Shown here: one piece after another, positions 26,810 to 38,800 of the stretch | How the letters are laid out: the number at the start of each line of letters is the position of its first letter | How positions within the stretch are numbered: the stretch's first letter is position 1 | Assembly (NCBI RefSeq): GCF_021028975.2 | Contig: NC_059430.1 | Span: forward strand, 102,176,001 to 102,240,000 | From: Sphaerodactylus townsendi | Lineage: Eukaryota | DNA: 64,000 bases | Reading direction: 5' to 3' | Notes under the pieces: generated by a model | Seen by the model: only the letters and a program-made list of their open reading frames with translations | Database searches by the model: none | Told to the model about the DNA's origin: nothing | Program-made: the position numbers and the translations under genes

Positions 26810-29800
26810 ATTAACCGGTTTGCTTTGCCTTTTCAGATTCAGTGTGCGAGAAGATTTCACTGTGCTGCCGAAGAGTGCTTTTTAGGGAGTGCTCTACCCC
26901 TTTCCCCCTCAAACTGCTTCTGTTGTTTGGCTTAAGGACTGTCAGAGAAAAAAAAAGCTATGTTTCTTGTTTGGCACAAAGTTTGTATGTTTTGACTCCT
27001 AAGGCGCCAGGGGAAAGAGAAATTGCACACTGGTCAAAAGAAGAATGGTTCGGGGTCACACATCATGCTCAATTGCTCCGCTGGTGCTCCATTTCTGTAC
27101 ACCAAGGGGACAGTCCAGGACTGTTTGATGCACTGACCAAAGCACATTCTCTCTCCTAGTCTCTTTCCATCTCCTTCTTGGATTGTAGCCATTTTGTGTG
27201 GCTCATTGTTCCTTTTGTTCCCAACTCCAAAGCAAAAATTGGGTCATTTGCTTTGCTGTTTTGGTAGCATGGGTTGGACTGTTTTGCTTCCAGGGGGAGG
27301 TTTTACATTTGGATTCAGTCCTGAGGTAACATTGGAGAGAAACACACATGAAAAATGTTGCCTCAGATTTTGCAGGAGTTCGGCAACCAGTTCCCATCCT
27401 TCTGCCCACAGGTTCTTTCTGCAACAGACCCAGGATTTCTGCATTTCAGGATAGCTGTTTTCTTGCCATGTCACACTCTATGCATTGAAGAATAGCTGTA
27501 ATAGCAACATCAGACCAGCCTTTGCTGAGGGGGCTGCTTACAAGAAATTGGGGCAAAAGAAGATGGAAGATGCTAAATGACCTCTGTTGTGGGCAACCTC
27601 CACTTCTTTCTGCCATGGGCCCAGACTTCCGTCTTGTCCAGTGGCAGATGGAGGGAGGAGATGGGGGAAGGCAGAGAGAGGAGGAGAGAGAAGGTGTCTT
27701 TCGGCCTCTTGGCTTCTGCTGAAGTCTTTTCTGTTTTGTAAATTGTTTGGCTTGGCTGCAGCACTTTAAACAATAGACATTTTTAAAGCTCCTTTCTTCC
27801 CTCCACCTTAAAAAAAAAATTCAGACACTGCAGGAGCAGCAAGCTATACGCAGCCAGAAGCTGGAAGAGTTGTGCACCTGGATGAGTCAGGCTGAGACGT
27901 GCTTGAGGGGTTCTCAGCAGTCAGCGACTGAAGGGGACCTCCCCACGCTGCAACGAAGACGGGGTGAAGTTAAAGTAAGCACCCATATTTGGACTGGCCT
28001 TGACTGCTGCATAGAGCATCCCTTGGTGGAAGGCAACGCAGCTGTTGTTTTTTCCAATATATATGTAATTTTATTCGTTTATTTTCAAATATGACAATTA
28101 ATATAAAGATAAATGAATACGGACTTATAATCTTTGTCCTAATGAAGTTCTGGACACACATTTTTGTCTTTTCTTCTCTATTTCCCAATAAAATTACAAA
28201 TCCCAAAAATACATAATTCCCTTTGCACCCTCCCCTTAACCACCCTCCCCACCTTCTGCCCTCTCTCCCTTATATATAATGTGTGGCCATTTCCCCTTCA
28301 GAGAGAAAGAAAAAACCTTTCATCCTACATTTTCTAACTTTTAAATCTAACAGGAGAGAAAAAAATATAACCAATATTTCATAGTATCATAAACCTTCCC
28401 ACACTTAATGTTATAAAATACACAATATAACTTTATAAAATAAACAATACGTATATATATTAACTGTTCCGTACAATGTTAAATCTAAAATTCTGTTATC
28501 TAACTATAGCACTGTTATGTTCTATCTAGTTATTACAAACATAAAAATATTTAATAACAACAGAGCTCTTTGTAACAGACCGGTATGGCAGGAGCAGGGT
28601 GTGCCAGCTCTCTCACATCAGCATGGGACTGCTGTTGTGGGTTGGCTTGAACTCATAAAGCCCCAGGGCATCTTACAACCAGTGCTTCTGAGCATCTGCC
28701 GTCTTCCTTCATATCCCACTGGCATTCTCTTTGACCAACCTCAAATGCCCTTTTAATAAAGGGTGTACATCAGCCAACCCTGCACCACAAGGGCACGAAG
28801 AGAGGCTTGTTCAGTGAGTGCCCCCCGTCCAATTAAACTGCCTCCCCCTTGACCAGTTCAGAGAAGTTCCTTTTCTTTTACAGGTGTGTGGGGGTTGCTG
28901 TTAAGCAGGTGGAGATAATATTTGCATGTTGTTAGCTTGCTTTTGATTGGAAACATTAGCTAACAGGGGTGCTGCAAGGATGGTTTTATCCAATGAAGCG
29001 ACAGTGCTGCTGTCAGAGGGGAAGAAAAGGAAACTGTAAACTGCTCTGCCCTTCCTACCATAATGTAGCTTTTGTCTATTAAATTATAACTTTTCACACT
29101 ACTGTCAGTATCTCATAAAGATATCTGTATTCAGTGGACAGCCTAATTATTCATCTGGATTTCATTATTCTAATATGAAATTTAGTGGCATTTTTAATCT
29201 GCTGTTATTCCTTGGGGGCATTGGCACCAGGTAGGCTGTCAACATCATTTAAATAAGCAACTGGGAGACATTTTTGGAAGTGCGTAGCCATTCTTTTCAT
29301 TGATACCCCTAGGATCTGCAGAGGAGCATGAACAGTCGGACAGCATCCTTTGCGAGTGTCTTGAAAGCAACGGAAGAGTTCCTGGAGGAGAACCGGACCA
29401 AGCTGGATCCAAGGGAGCTGGCATCCCTGCAAGACAAGCTCCAGGAGGCTAAGGAGCAGTACCAGTCCCTGCAGGAGAGAACAGAGGCAGCCCAGCAGGA
29501 GTTGGAGGATGCTGTGAAGACTGTGGAGCAGCAGCAAACAGAAAAGGTGAAGTGTGTAGGGTGCTGCTGTGAAATGCAGGTCTCTGTTTCTGTGCAGAAG
29601 CCGCCACCACTCTGGGAGCCATGTGCCTAAGATGACAGTAGTTAAATGTTTTGTGAAAGGATTTTGTGAAAGATGAGCTTCACCAGCTGGTCTTTGCCTT
29701 CTTCCTGCCTCTACAGTGGAAGATATCTCATTCCACAGAGATGTGCACTTACGCAGATCCTGTCCATCTCTGTGATGTTTAAACAGGGGGCCTTTCTGAT

Positions 29801-32800
29801 GACTTTGTACATGGCTATCCTTCAGTGTCCTTACATGCTTTGGTCACATTTTTGATTCCAGGACAGAGCTGCCAAAGACCTGGAAGAAAACCAGCATAAG
29901 ATTGATTCCCTTTTGCATTGGATGGCATCCCTGGAGCAGCCTAGGGTGATCGCAGAAAACAAATTGCACTCCATGGGGCAAGCAAATGGTGGGCATAGAG
30001 AAGGAAGAGTCCTAGATGTTCCCGATGGCCAGTGGATGAAGGCAGGTGGAGCAGAAGAGGATCTCAGTTTCCACTATGAGAACTTGAAGGTAGGTTTGTG
30101 GGATCTTGGTCAGGCAAGGATTATGCTTAAGACCCAGGTTCAAGTCTCAGCTCACCCTTTTGGGATGTCCTAGCACCAAGTCATTTCCTTCCAGCCTCAG
30201 CTTCTCGGTCTCTACTAATTGCCAAAGCTGTTGAGCATTTTATGCTTATAAGAACAAATCTTATTATAAGTTAAATATTTGGTACAGTAGCTCTGCAGGG
30301 TCTCAGGCAGATATACTCGTTTGCTTTTTTGGGTAGAGGGAAGATTAAACCTAAGGTTTTAAACATGCATTGAAGAATCTTCCCTGGTATTAATATCAGG
30401 CTGACAGGACGGTAATTATTAGGGTCCTCCTTTTTCCCCTTTTTGAAGACGGGGATAACATTAGCCCTTTTCCAGTCCACTGGGACTTCTCCTGTTCTCC
30501 AGGAGTTCTCAAAGATTTTAGCAAGTGGTTCTGAGATTATCCTAGTTTCCTTAGACATTTCCTATTTTTCCTCTTCATTGGAACTGTTTGAAATTGTGCC
30601 TTACTGAAATCTGCTTTCTTAAAATCTAGAACGCGTGTATGACTTCACTTAGCATCCCCTTTCCCCTGTATAACATGATGATCCTCTGTATTTCACTGAG
30701 CAAAATGAAGCCTGTGCTGGTTGGAGCTCACAAAATGGAGCTTCCGACAGCTATGGAGATCACTTCTCTATTAACGGTAGCTCAAGAAGAGTTTGGGTTG
30801 TGTGACTGTGCAGGCACTGAAATTAACTGGAGAAGCATCTTGGTTTTCCCAGGTCCGGCACCAACAGCTCCTATCTCAGCAGCAAGATGTCATTCTGGCC
30901 ACTCAGTCAGCCCAGGCCTTTCTGGACAAGCAAGGCCACACTCTGAGGCCAGAGGAGAAGCAAAAGCTGCAGGGGAGGCTGGAGGAGCTGAGGACCCAGT
31001 ACGCCACAGCCATGTCCCAATCAGAGACGCAACTGAAGCAAGCTCAGGCACTCCAGGACGAGCTGCAGAAGTTTCTGCGGGACAGCGGGGAGTTCGAGGC
31101 CTGGCTGGAACAGGCGGAGCAAGAACTGAAGAGGATGCACGGGGCTGATGGGAGCCTGGAGAGCCTGCAGTCGACGCTTCGCTGGCAGAGCGGCTTCTCT
31201 GAAGACGTGATCTCTCATAAGGGGGACCTGCGGTTTGTGACCATGTCAGGGCAGAAAGTGCTGGATGCGGAGAAGGTGGCGGCAGCTGTTGGTAAGCCTC
31301 TAGGACCTGAGGTTTTAGCCACTGGAACGCTTGTCAAGAACAAGTTGGATGATGCCACCAAGAGATATGGCGTTCTGCACTCCAAGGTAGGTAGAAAGGA
31401 CATCATGCCAGGCCAAAGTGATACATAGAAGGGCATAGGATCATCACCAAACCTTAGCATGTTTCTGCTGTACAGTCATGTATTTTGCTTTGGTGTGGAT
31501 GCAGACATCTCTGTAGTTACATAACTTTGGTGACAGCAGCACAGAAGAAGGTAGAATCGCTAACATTTTATGCTCACTATATTCACCCAAGCATGCTCTC
31601 TTAGCTACACTATCCATGTATCCCCCCCCCTTTGCATACTTGCGTTGGCTGAATTTTTTTGCATCAGCAGCTTATCACGACTTTATCCTATAATTCTCAA
31701 GTGAGATGTTCTCCTGAACTCTTTGTAGGACGTCTTCAACCAATAGGGAAGTCATTTTCCATCCAGCCAGAATAAGGAACTGCCTTCATAGAGAGTGTTG
31801 TGTGTTCTGCCTTTAGTTTTGCATGGTTGACTCCTTTTTTTATTAGAGTCCCTGTGGTTCACTAATGTGTGTTGTTTAGAAGAAGAAGATAAGAGTTTGG
31901 ATTTATACCCCATCTTTCTCTCCTGTAAGGAGACTCAAGGTGGCTTATAAGCTCCTTTCCCTTCCTCTCCCCACAATAGACATCTTGTGAGGTAGGTGAG
32001 GCTGAGAGAGTTCCAAAGAACTGTGACTAGCCCAAGGTCACCCAGCAGGAATGTAGGAGTGCGGGAACACATCTGGCTCTCCAGATAAGCCTCTGCCACT
32101 CAGGTGGAGGAGTGAATCAAACCGGGCTCTCCGGATTAGAATCCACCTGCTTTTAACCACTACACCACACTGATTTCATATTTGAATGAAAGAATTGTTG
32201 TAGATCCAGAACATTAACTTTGCTGTTGAGCTGGTGCCTTCACCTGAAAAGTTCCTGGATCACCTTTGTGCCTTTTCTGTCCCTCCCTCCTCCCTTCTTG
32301 CAGTGCACTTCACTGGGCTCCCATCTGAACATGGTGCTGGATCGCTCTAAGAAATTTCAGGATGTCTCAGAATCTCTCCGGACGTGGTTGCGAGAGAGCG
32401 AAGAAACTGTCTCGAACCTTCTTTCAGAACCCATCTCTTCTGATCCAGCTGTTTTGCAGAAGCAGCTGGCCAATGCCAAAGTAAGGAAGTAGTCAAGCAT
32501 TTCTATTCATACCTTTCAGGTGTTTTTGCTTAGTAGACTAAAAAAAATCCAACTCCAAACAATGCAGCTCTGTCTTTTAACCAGCTTGGAGGTACTATTA
32601 AATATAATCGTGTTGTATTGTGACTTACTGCAATGCCCAGGGGCTGAATTTTTACCCCGGGGAGCAAAGGACAATTCTTTGCTGTCATTTCAGGTTGAAA
32701 AAATGGTACTGGAGAAGGTTTTAACTGCCTCTGTTCCTCCCATCCATTTTCCCTGTGCACTACATACTTAAAAGAAGGGGGGGAGCACACATGTGATTCC

Positions 32801-35800
32801 TAGCATTTCCTTTGGTAGGACTTGCACCCCCTACCTGAGTGGCTTGATTAAAGATGGGGTTTTGGTCATGGAACATAGTTTCTCAGTCAAGATGAACGCC
32901 TCTAGACATGTGCAGAATGCGTTATGCTCAACAATAGATACCCTCACCCAAGTACATTTGGGATTTGAGTTTTGAAGCTGCCAGGTCTCCAAGCATATTT
33001 GACCTCCATCCTGACGCCCATTTTTACGAATTAACCACCAACTTTTTTGGTAAATACCTGCTCTTGCTCTGCACTTACTTTGGTCCTTGATTTCAACAGA
33101 GTCTCCAGGAAGACCTTGCAGAGCATCAGGTGCCCATGAAGCAGCTGGAGAAGGCCATGCGTTCGCTCTTGGAGATACAGGAAGCCCCCTCTTACACCTG
33201 ACCACCGAGTCATTCAACAAACCACTGGTAATAACAGAAAGCATTATGTGTGGTTGTGATGTGTCGTTAAGTCACTTTCGACTTATGGCGGCCCTATGAA
33301 TGAATGACCTCCAAGACATTGTATTTTTAACAGCTTTATTCAAGTCTTTCAGACTGAGGGTCATGGCTTCCTTTATTTGGTGGATTAATCTCATGCTGGG
33401 TCTTCCTTTTTTTCCTACTGTCAACAGCGTTTCCTAGCATTATTGTCTTTTCCCATGAGGCTTGCTTTATCGTGCTATATGCAATGTATAACAAGAAGAA
33501 GAGGAGTTTGGATTTATATCCCCCCTTTCTCTCACCTCAAGGAGACTCAAAGGGGCTTACAATCTCCTTTCCCTTCCCCCCTCACAACAAAACCCTGTGA
33601 GGTGGGTGGGGCTGAGAGAGCTCAGAAGAACTGTGACTAGCCCAAGGCCACCCAGCTGGCATGTGTTGGAGTGCACAGTCTAATATGGTTCTCCAGATAA
33701 GCCTTCACAGCTCAAGCGGCAGAGCGAGGAATCAAACCTGGTTCCTCCAGATTAGAATGCACCTGCTCTTAACCACTATGCCACTGCTGCTTCTCTGTTT
33801 AGTCATTTTAGCTTTTAGGATTGTTGCTGAGGGTCAAAGATGGACTGTGATGAGAACTTTCTGGGAGATGGTCCCTTATATTGATTCGTGGAGAGGGGAG
33901 GTTGTACCTTCTAGATTTCCTGTTTCAGGCACCGAATTGTCCTCCATTGTATACAGATGTGGCACTTCTGAGCTACCTTGACACTGCTCTTGCATTGCTG
34001 AGCTGCTTTTACAGGCTGAATTCCATGTAACACGTGGTCTGTTTGGTTAGATATCCTTGGCATGATAGTTTTGAACTCCCTCCCTGGTTCAGCGTTCACG
34101 GGATCTCTCTTGGCTTCCTCAGATTCCATCGTAAGCCGTTTCCAGAGTCTGTCCTGCCGGATGGCCGAGCATTCGGACCTCTTGCAGAAATCCATTGCCC
34201 AGTCGCAGAGTGTCCAGGAGGGGCTGGAGACCCTCCTTCAGTCCATGGCGGAGATCGAAAGGAGCCTCCAAAAGAGTGACGTAGCTTCTTTCTCATCCTC
34301 CTCCGTCCAGGAGTCCCTTGCCACAAACATGGTGAGCCACTTTGCTTTGTTGTGTTCGGGTTAGTCAATACTGTTAGTGCTGAGTCAATACTGTATAACC
34401 ACAGCCAGTTCTCTAGACAGCTGGGATCTAAAGCTAGGGCTTTGCACTCCAGGACTTCTTTATAATGACTCAGTCACCTGAATGCCAAGTTAAGATTGTT
34501 TGGTTTCACTGAAATATGCCTTGCTGCTATTCACTTGTACCTAATGGAAATCTTGCAAAGCAAAATGTAATGGATACGTAGCCCTACAAGAAGGGAACTG
34601 TAGCAGCCTGGATAGCCTGATCTTGTCAGAATGTGGAAGCTAAGCAGGGTCAACTTTTTAAATATATATATAATTTTGTATTGGTTTTCAATTAATATAA
34701 AAAAACCAGTCATTCTTACATAGTTTACGTATTATTGTATATGGAGGAGAAGTTATACAGAAAAAATATCATAATAAAAAGAAAAGTACAAAAATACAAA
34801 AGTTCCTCTCTTTTTCTTAAGGGGAGGTGTACAGTATATTAGGACTGAAACACTGTTATACAGTATCATTAACTACTATAACATCCCGTTTTTAAATCAT
34901 CTATTTCCCACTAAACTGTCCCCTCTCCTGTAAAATTGTTGTCGAGGAACAATGTACAAAACAAAATAAATTTTAAAATACTTATAGCTTGTACTTGTAG
35001 CTCACTCCCAGCAGGGTCAACTTCAGTTGGTTCTTGCATGAGAGATTTGCAGGGAAGATGGGTTGCTATGCAGACAATGACAATCTGCCTCTGCTCATCT
35101 CTTGCCCTGAAAACCCTGCAGTCCTGGAGTCACCCCCAGTCAGTGGTTACTTGATGACGCACAGCTAAAGGAACTGTAAATAAAGCCATCTTCATCACAG
35201 TGGATTGAAAACCTGGGGGAGATCCACTTGTCAGGGATGATTGACATCACTGGAAGTTGCATGTCACCAAATTCTTCCAGTTACTTAATCTAAAGGTCTT
35301 GAAGTCCCCCTTAGTTGTAAATAAATGAATACTTCCAGAACAGGCTTATTGTATACTTGTAGCTCACTCCCAGCTGGAGGAGAAATGCAGAATTCCTTTT
35401 CCTCCAAGAGCTTATATTTATTAAATCTTATATTTAGATCTTACATTTATTTTACCTCACCTTTCTCCCCAGTTGAGTCTTCCCCAATCATTTCCCTCTC
35501 CTTCATTTTATCCTCACCACAAACCTGTGAGGTAGGTTACACATTGTGTGTGGGTGTGTGACTGGCCAAGGTAACCCAGGAAGCTTTTGTGACTAAGAGA
35601 AGAAGAAGAGTTTGGATTTATATCCCCCCTTTCTCTCCTGTAGGAGACTCAATGGGCCTTACAATCTCCTTTCCCTCCTCCCCCAACAAACACCCTGTGA
35701 GGTGGGTGGGGCTGAGAGAGCTCTGAAGAACTGTGACTAGCCCAAGGTGGCATGTCTTGGAGTGCACAAGCTAGTGTGGTTCCCCAGATAAGCCTCCACA

Positions 35801-38800
35801 GCTCAAGTGGCAGAGTGGGGAATCAAACCCAGTTCTTCAGATTAGAGTGCACCTGCTCTTAACCACTACACCACGCTGGGGGTTTAAATGTATGTGGGCG
35901 GGTTCGAATGTGGTTTTCCCAGATCTTAGTCCAACACTTAAACAACTGCAGCCTAATTCCCTTACCAGTTGGTGTTCCAGCTTGAGATCTCAGTACTGTA
36001 TTTCATTTCTGCTGGTTGGCGGGCATCCCCTTAGTTAGGAAGCAGGAATTATGGCTTTTGTTAAACTTGAGGGCAAGGAATGCACAATCTGTTGTAAAGT
36101 TGGAGCAACGCAGATTCCTGTGAAAGATTTTGCTACCTGGCTTGCTAAATTCCTGTTAGAATAAATCAATATGTATGGCATCTCCACTCCTGCATAAGCC
36201 TCCATTAAGATGTGGAATTCACTGCTAGAGGTGGTAGTGTTGGCCCCAACTCTAAATAGCTTTAAAAAGAGATCGGACCAGTTCATGGAGGACTGCAGTG
36301 GCTACTAGCCTTGGTGGCTAAAGGCAATTTCCACATTCAGGGGCAGTATGCTTCCGAAGACCACTTCTAGGAGGCTATGTTAAGGAAATATCTGTTGTTG
36401 GTTCTCCAAGGCAACTGGTTTGCCATTGTGTGAGAGAAGATGCTGGACTGGATGGACCCACCAGTCTGATCCAGCAAGGTTGCTCTTATGTTCATTACAG
36501 CAGAGAGTCCCGGCATGCTTCCAAGCTGCTTCTCATTTTGAGCCAGGGCCTTTTGATTCCAGTTGGTGCAAACAGGTACTCCTTCCTGTTCTGGTCTATA
36601 TGAATGTACCTGTCTCTGCGTCAACAGAAGTTGAAGCAGGACATTGCCAGGCAAAGGAGCAGCCTGGAAGCCACGCAGGAGATGGTGGCCCGGTTTGCAG
36701 CAACGTCGGACAGTAGCACGGCAGCAGCCCTGCAGACCAAGCTAGCGGAGGTGACCGAACGCTTCGACCGCCTGCGGAGCCAGCAGCAAGAGAAGGAGGA
36801 TGCTCTGAAGGACCTTCTGCCCAAGGTGGAGCAGTACGAGCAGCTCTCGGAGAAACTGCAGCAGTTCATGGAGAGCAGAAGTCGCCTGCTGGCCTTGGGG
36901 AACCAGCCAGATCATGATATTGCTCACTTCTCTCAACAAATCCAGGTAGGAAAGCTATTCCTGGAGAGTAGTGGGTGGAGCTTATGCACAATTGAGGTTT
37001 CTGGCACAGGCTGTGGCATCTCCAGTAACTCACAAGAATCTCTGTTAACAGGGCTGGGAAAGGCTTTTGCTAAGAACTTGGAGAGGGGCTGTCAGCAGCC
37101 AGAAAGCACAGACAATGACTCAGAGGCATATCGCGGGGGAAATGGCGCCTGGAGACAACTCCTTCTCTGGGCGCCCCCAAGCCCCACCCCACCCCCTGCC
37201 TCCCTGCAGGCCGGCTTTTGCCCCCAAGCCAGCCTGCAGGGAGGGGAGGGCTTGTGGCAGGCGCCCAGAGTGACCCCATGTCCCTAGGCCATACACTTCT
37301 GCAATGACCAGAATAATAATGCAATGTTTATTTATTTTCTAAAAATTTTGCATCCAGATACAACTCCCCCTTTTCCGAAAAAGAACATCTACAACCTATA
37401 TCTTAATAAATAGTCTGTTGATATACATAGCTCATTCAAGTCATAGGATTGAGCTGTTGCGGAGAAAAGCTTATCATGGCAAAGAAGTTTTCTGAGCCTG
37501 CATTCTGGGCCGTAGGCTCCATGGGGATGGCAAGCTCTTTTTCAGCATTTCCAGTCCCAGAGTCCAGCTGTGTAGAATAGGTTCTAAGGCATCAGCCACC
37601 TTCTGCCACCTGCCCACATGGTTGGCCTGGGCCATGTGACTTTGTAGCCCTCTCCCTGTGGTGAATGCAGCTGTGTCACCAGAGATGCGTATTGAACTGT
37701 GCTTTCAGTTCCAAAGCTTATGTTTCCTCCCTACTTTTTCCCATGTTCTTCTTCCAGGAACTGAATTCCGAGATGATGCAGCACCAAGAAGACCTTGAGA
37801 CACTGGAACGCGTATCTGCAGAGCTGAACTCTTGTGGTTTTGTGGTAGCAACCTCTCCCCAGCACCAGGAGAAGGTGCGCAGTTTGCGGAAAGACTTCCT
37901 GCAACTGCAGAAAGCTGCAAAAGAGAGGTATGATGGGGCCTGAGCTCAGGGTGGGGGTGACAAGGGTGCAGCATTTATTAATTTGATTCATTTGTGCCAC
38001 CCCTTTCTCCCCAGTGGGGACCCAAAGCTGCTTACATCATTCTCCTCTCCATTTCATCTTTACCACAACTCTATGAATAGGTTAGACTGTGAAACCATAA
38101 CTGGCCCAGAGTCACTCAATAAGCTTATAGGGGAACTGCGCCCCTGCCACGCCCCCGTCTGCACCGTCACGCCCTGGAACACCCCCGGAATGTCCCTGCA
38201 CTGGCCTGTGCCCAGTACAAGATGCTCCACTTGTCCCCTGAGCACTACGCCACTGGGGCTGAGTGGTGATTCAAACCTGAGTTTCCCAGATACTAGTCTG
38301 AGACTCTTAATCACTGCAACACACTGCTACACTTAGATGAGCTCCAACCATAGAATTTTAGAGGTTGAAGAACCTGTAGCCATAGTAAAACCGAATACTA
38401 CCATATCCCAAACATTTTGTACTCTACACGCCTCAAAAGAGGTGATATTATTTGCAGAGTTGAGCTGGATTTGAACGAAGGACTATTACTGTTGGTTGTG
38501 CTTGCACTCATTCCATTTCCTCCTCTTGTTAAATAGGTTTTGTGTCAAAAACCTGCAAACCTGTTTGACCAGAGGCAAAAGAAATGTGTATCACAGGCAT
38601 AGAATCATAGAGATGGAAGGGACCGTACAGGCCATCTAGTCCAGCCCCCTCCTGAATGTAGGATCATCCTAAAGCAGTGATGGCAAACTTTTTGGGCTCG
38701 GTGTGTCAGAAATTTGGAAAATGCCTAAGTTGACTCTGCTGGCATTTCACATCCCCCCACCCTGAACAAAAGAGAAACAATTATTACATATTAATTAGGT

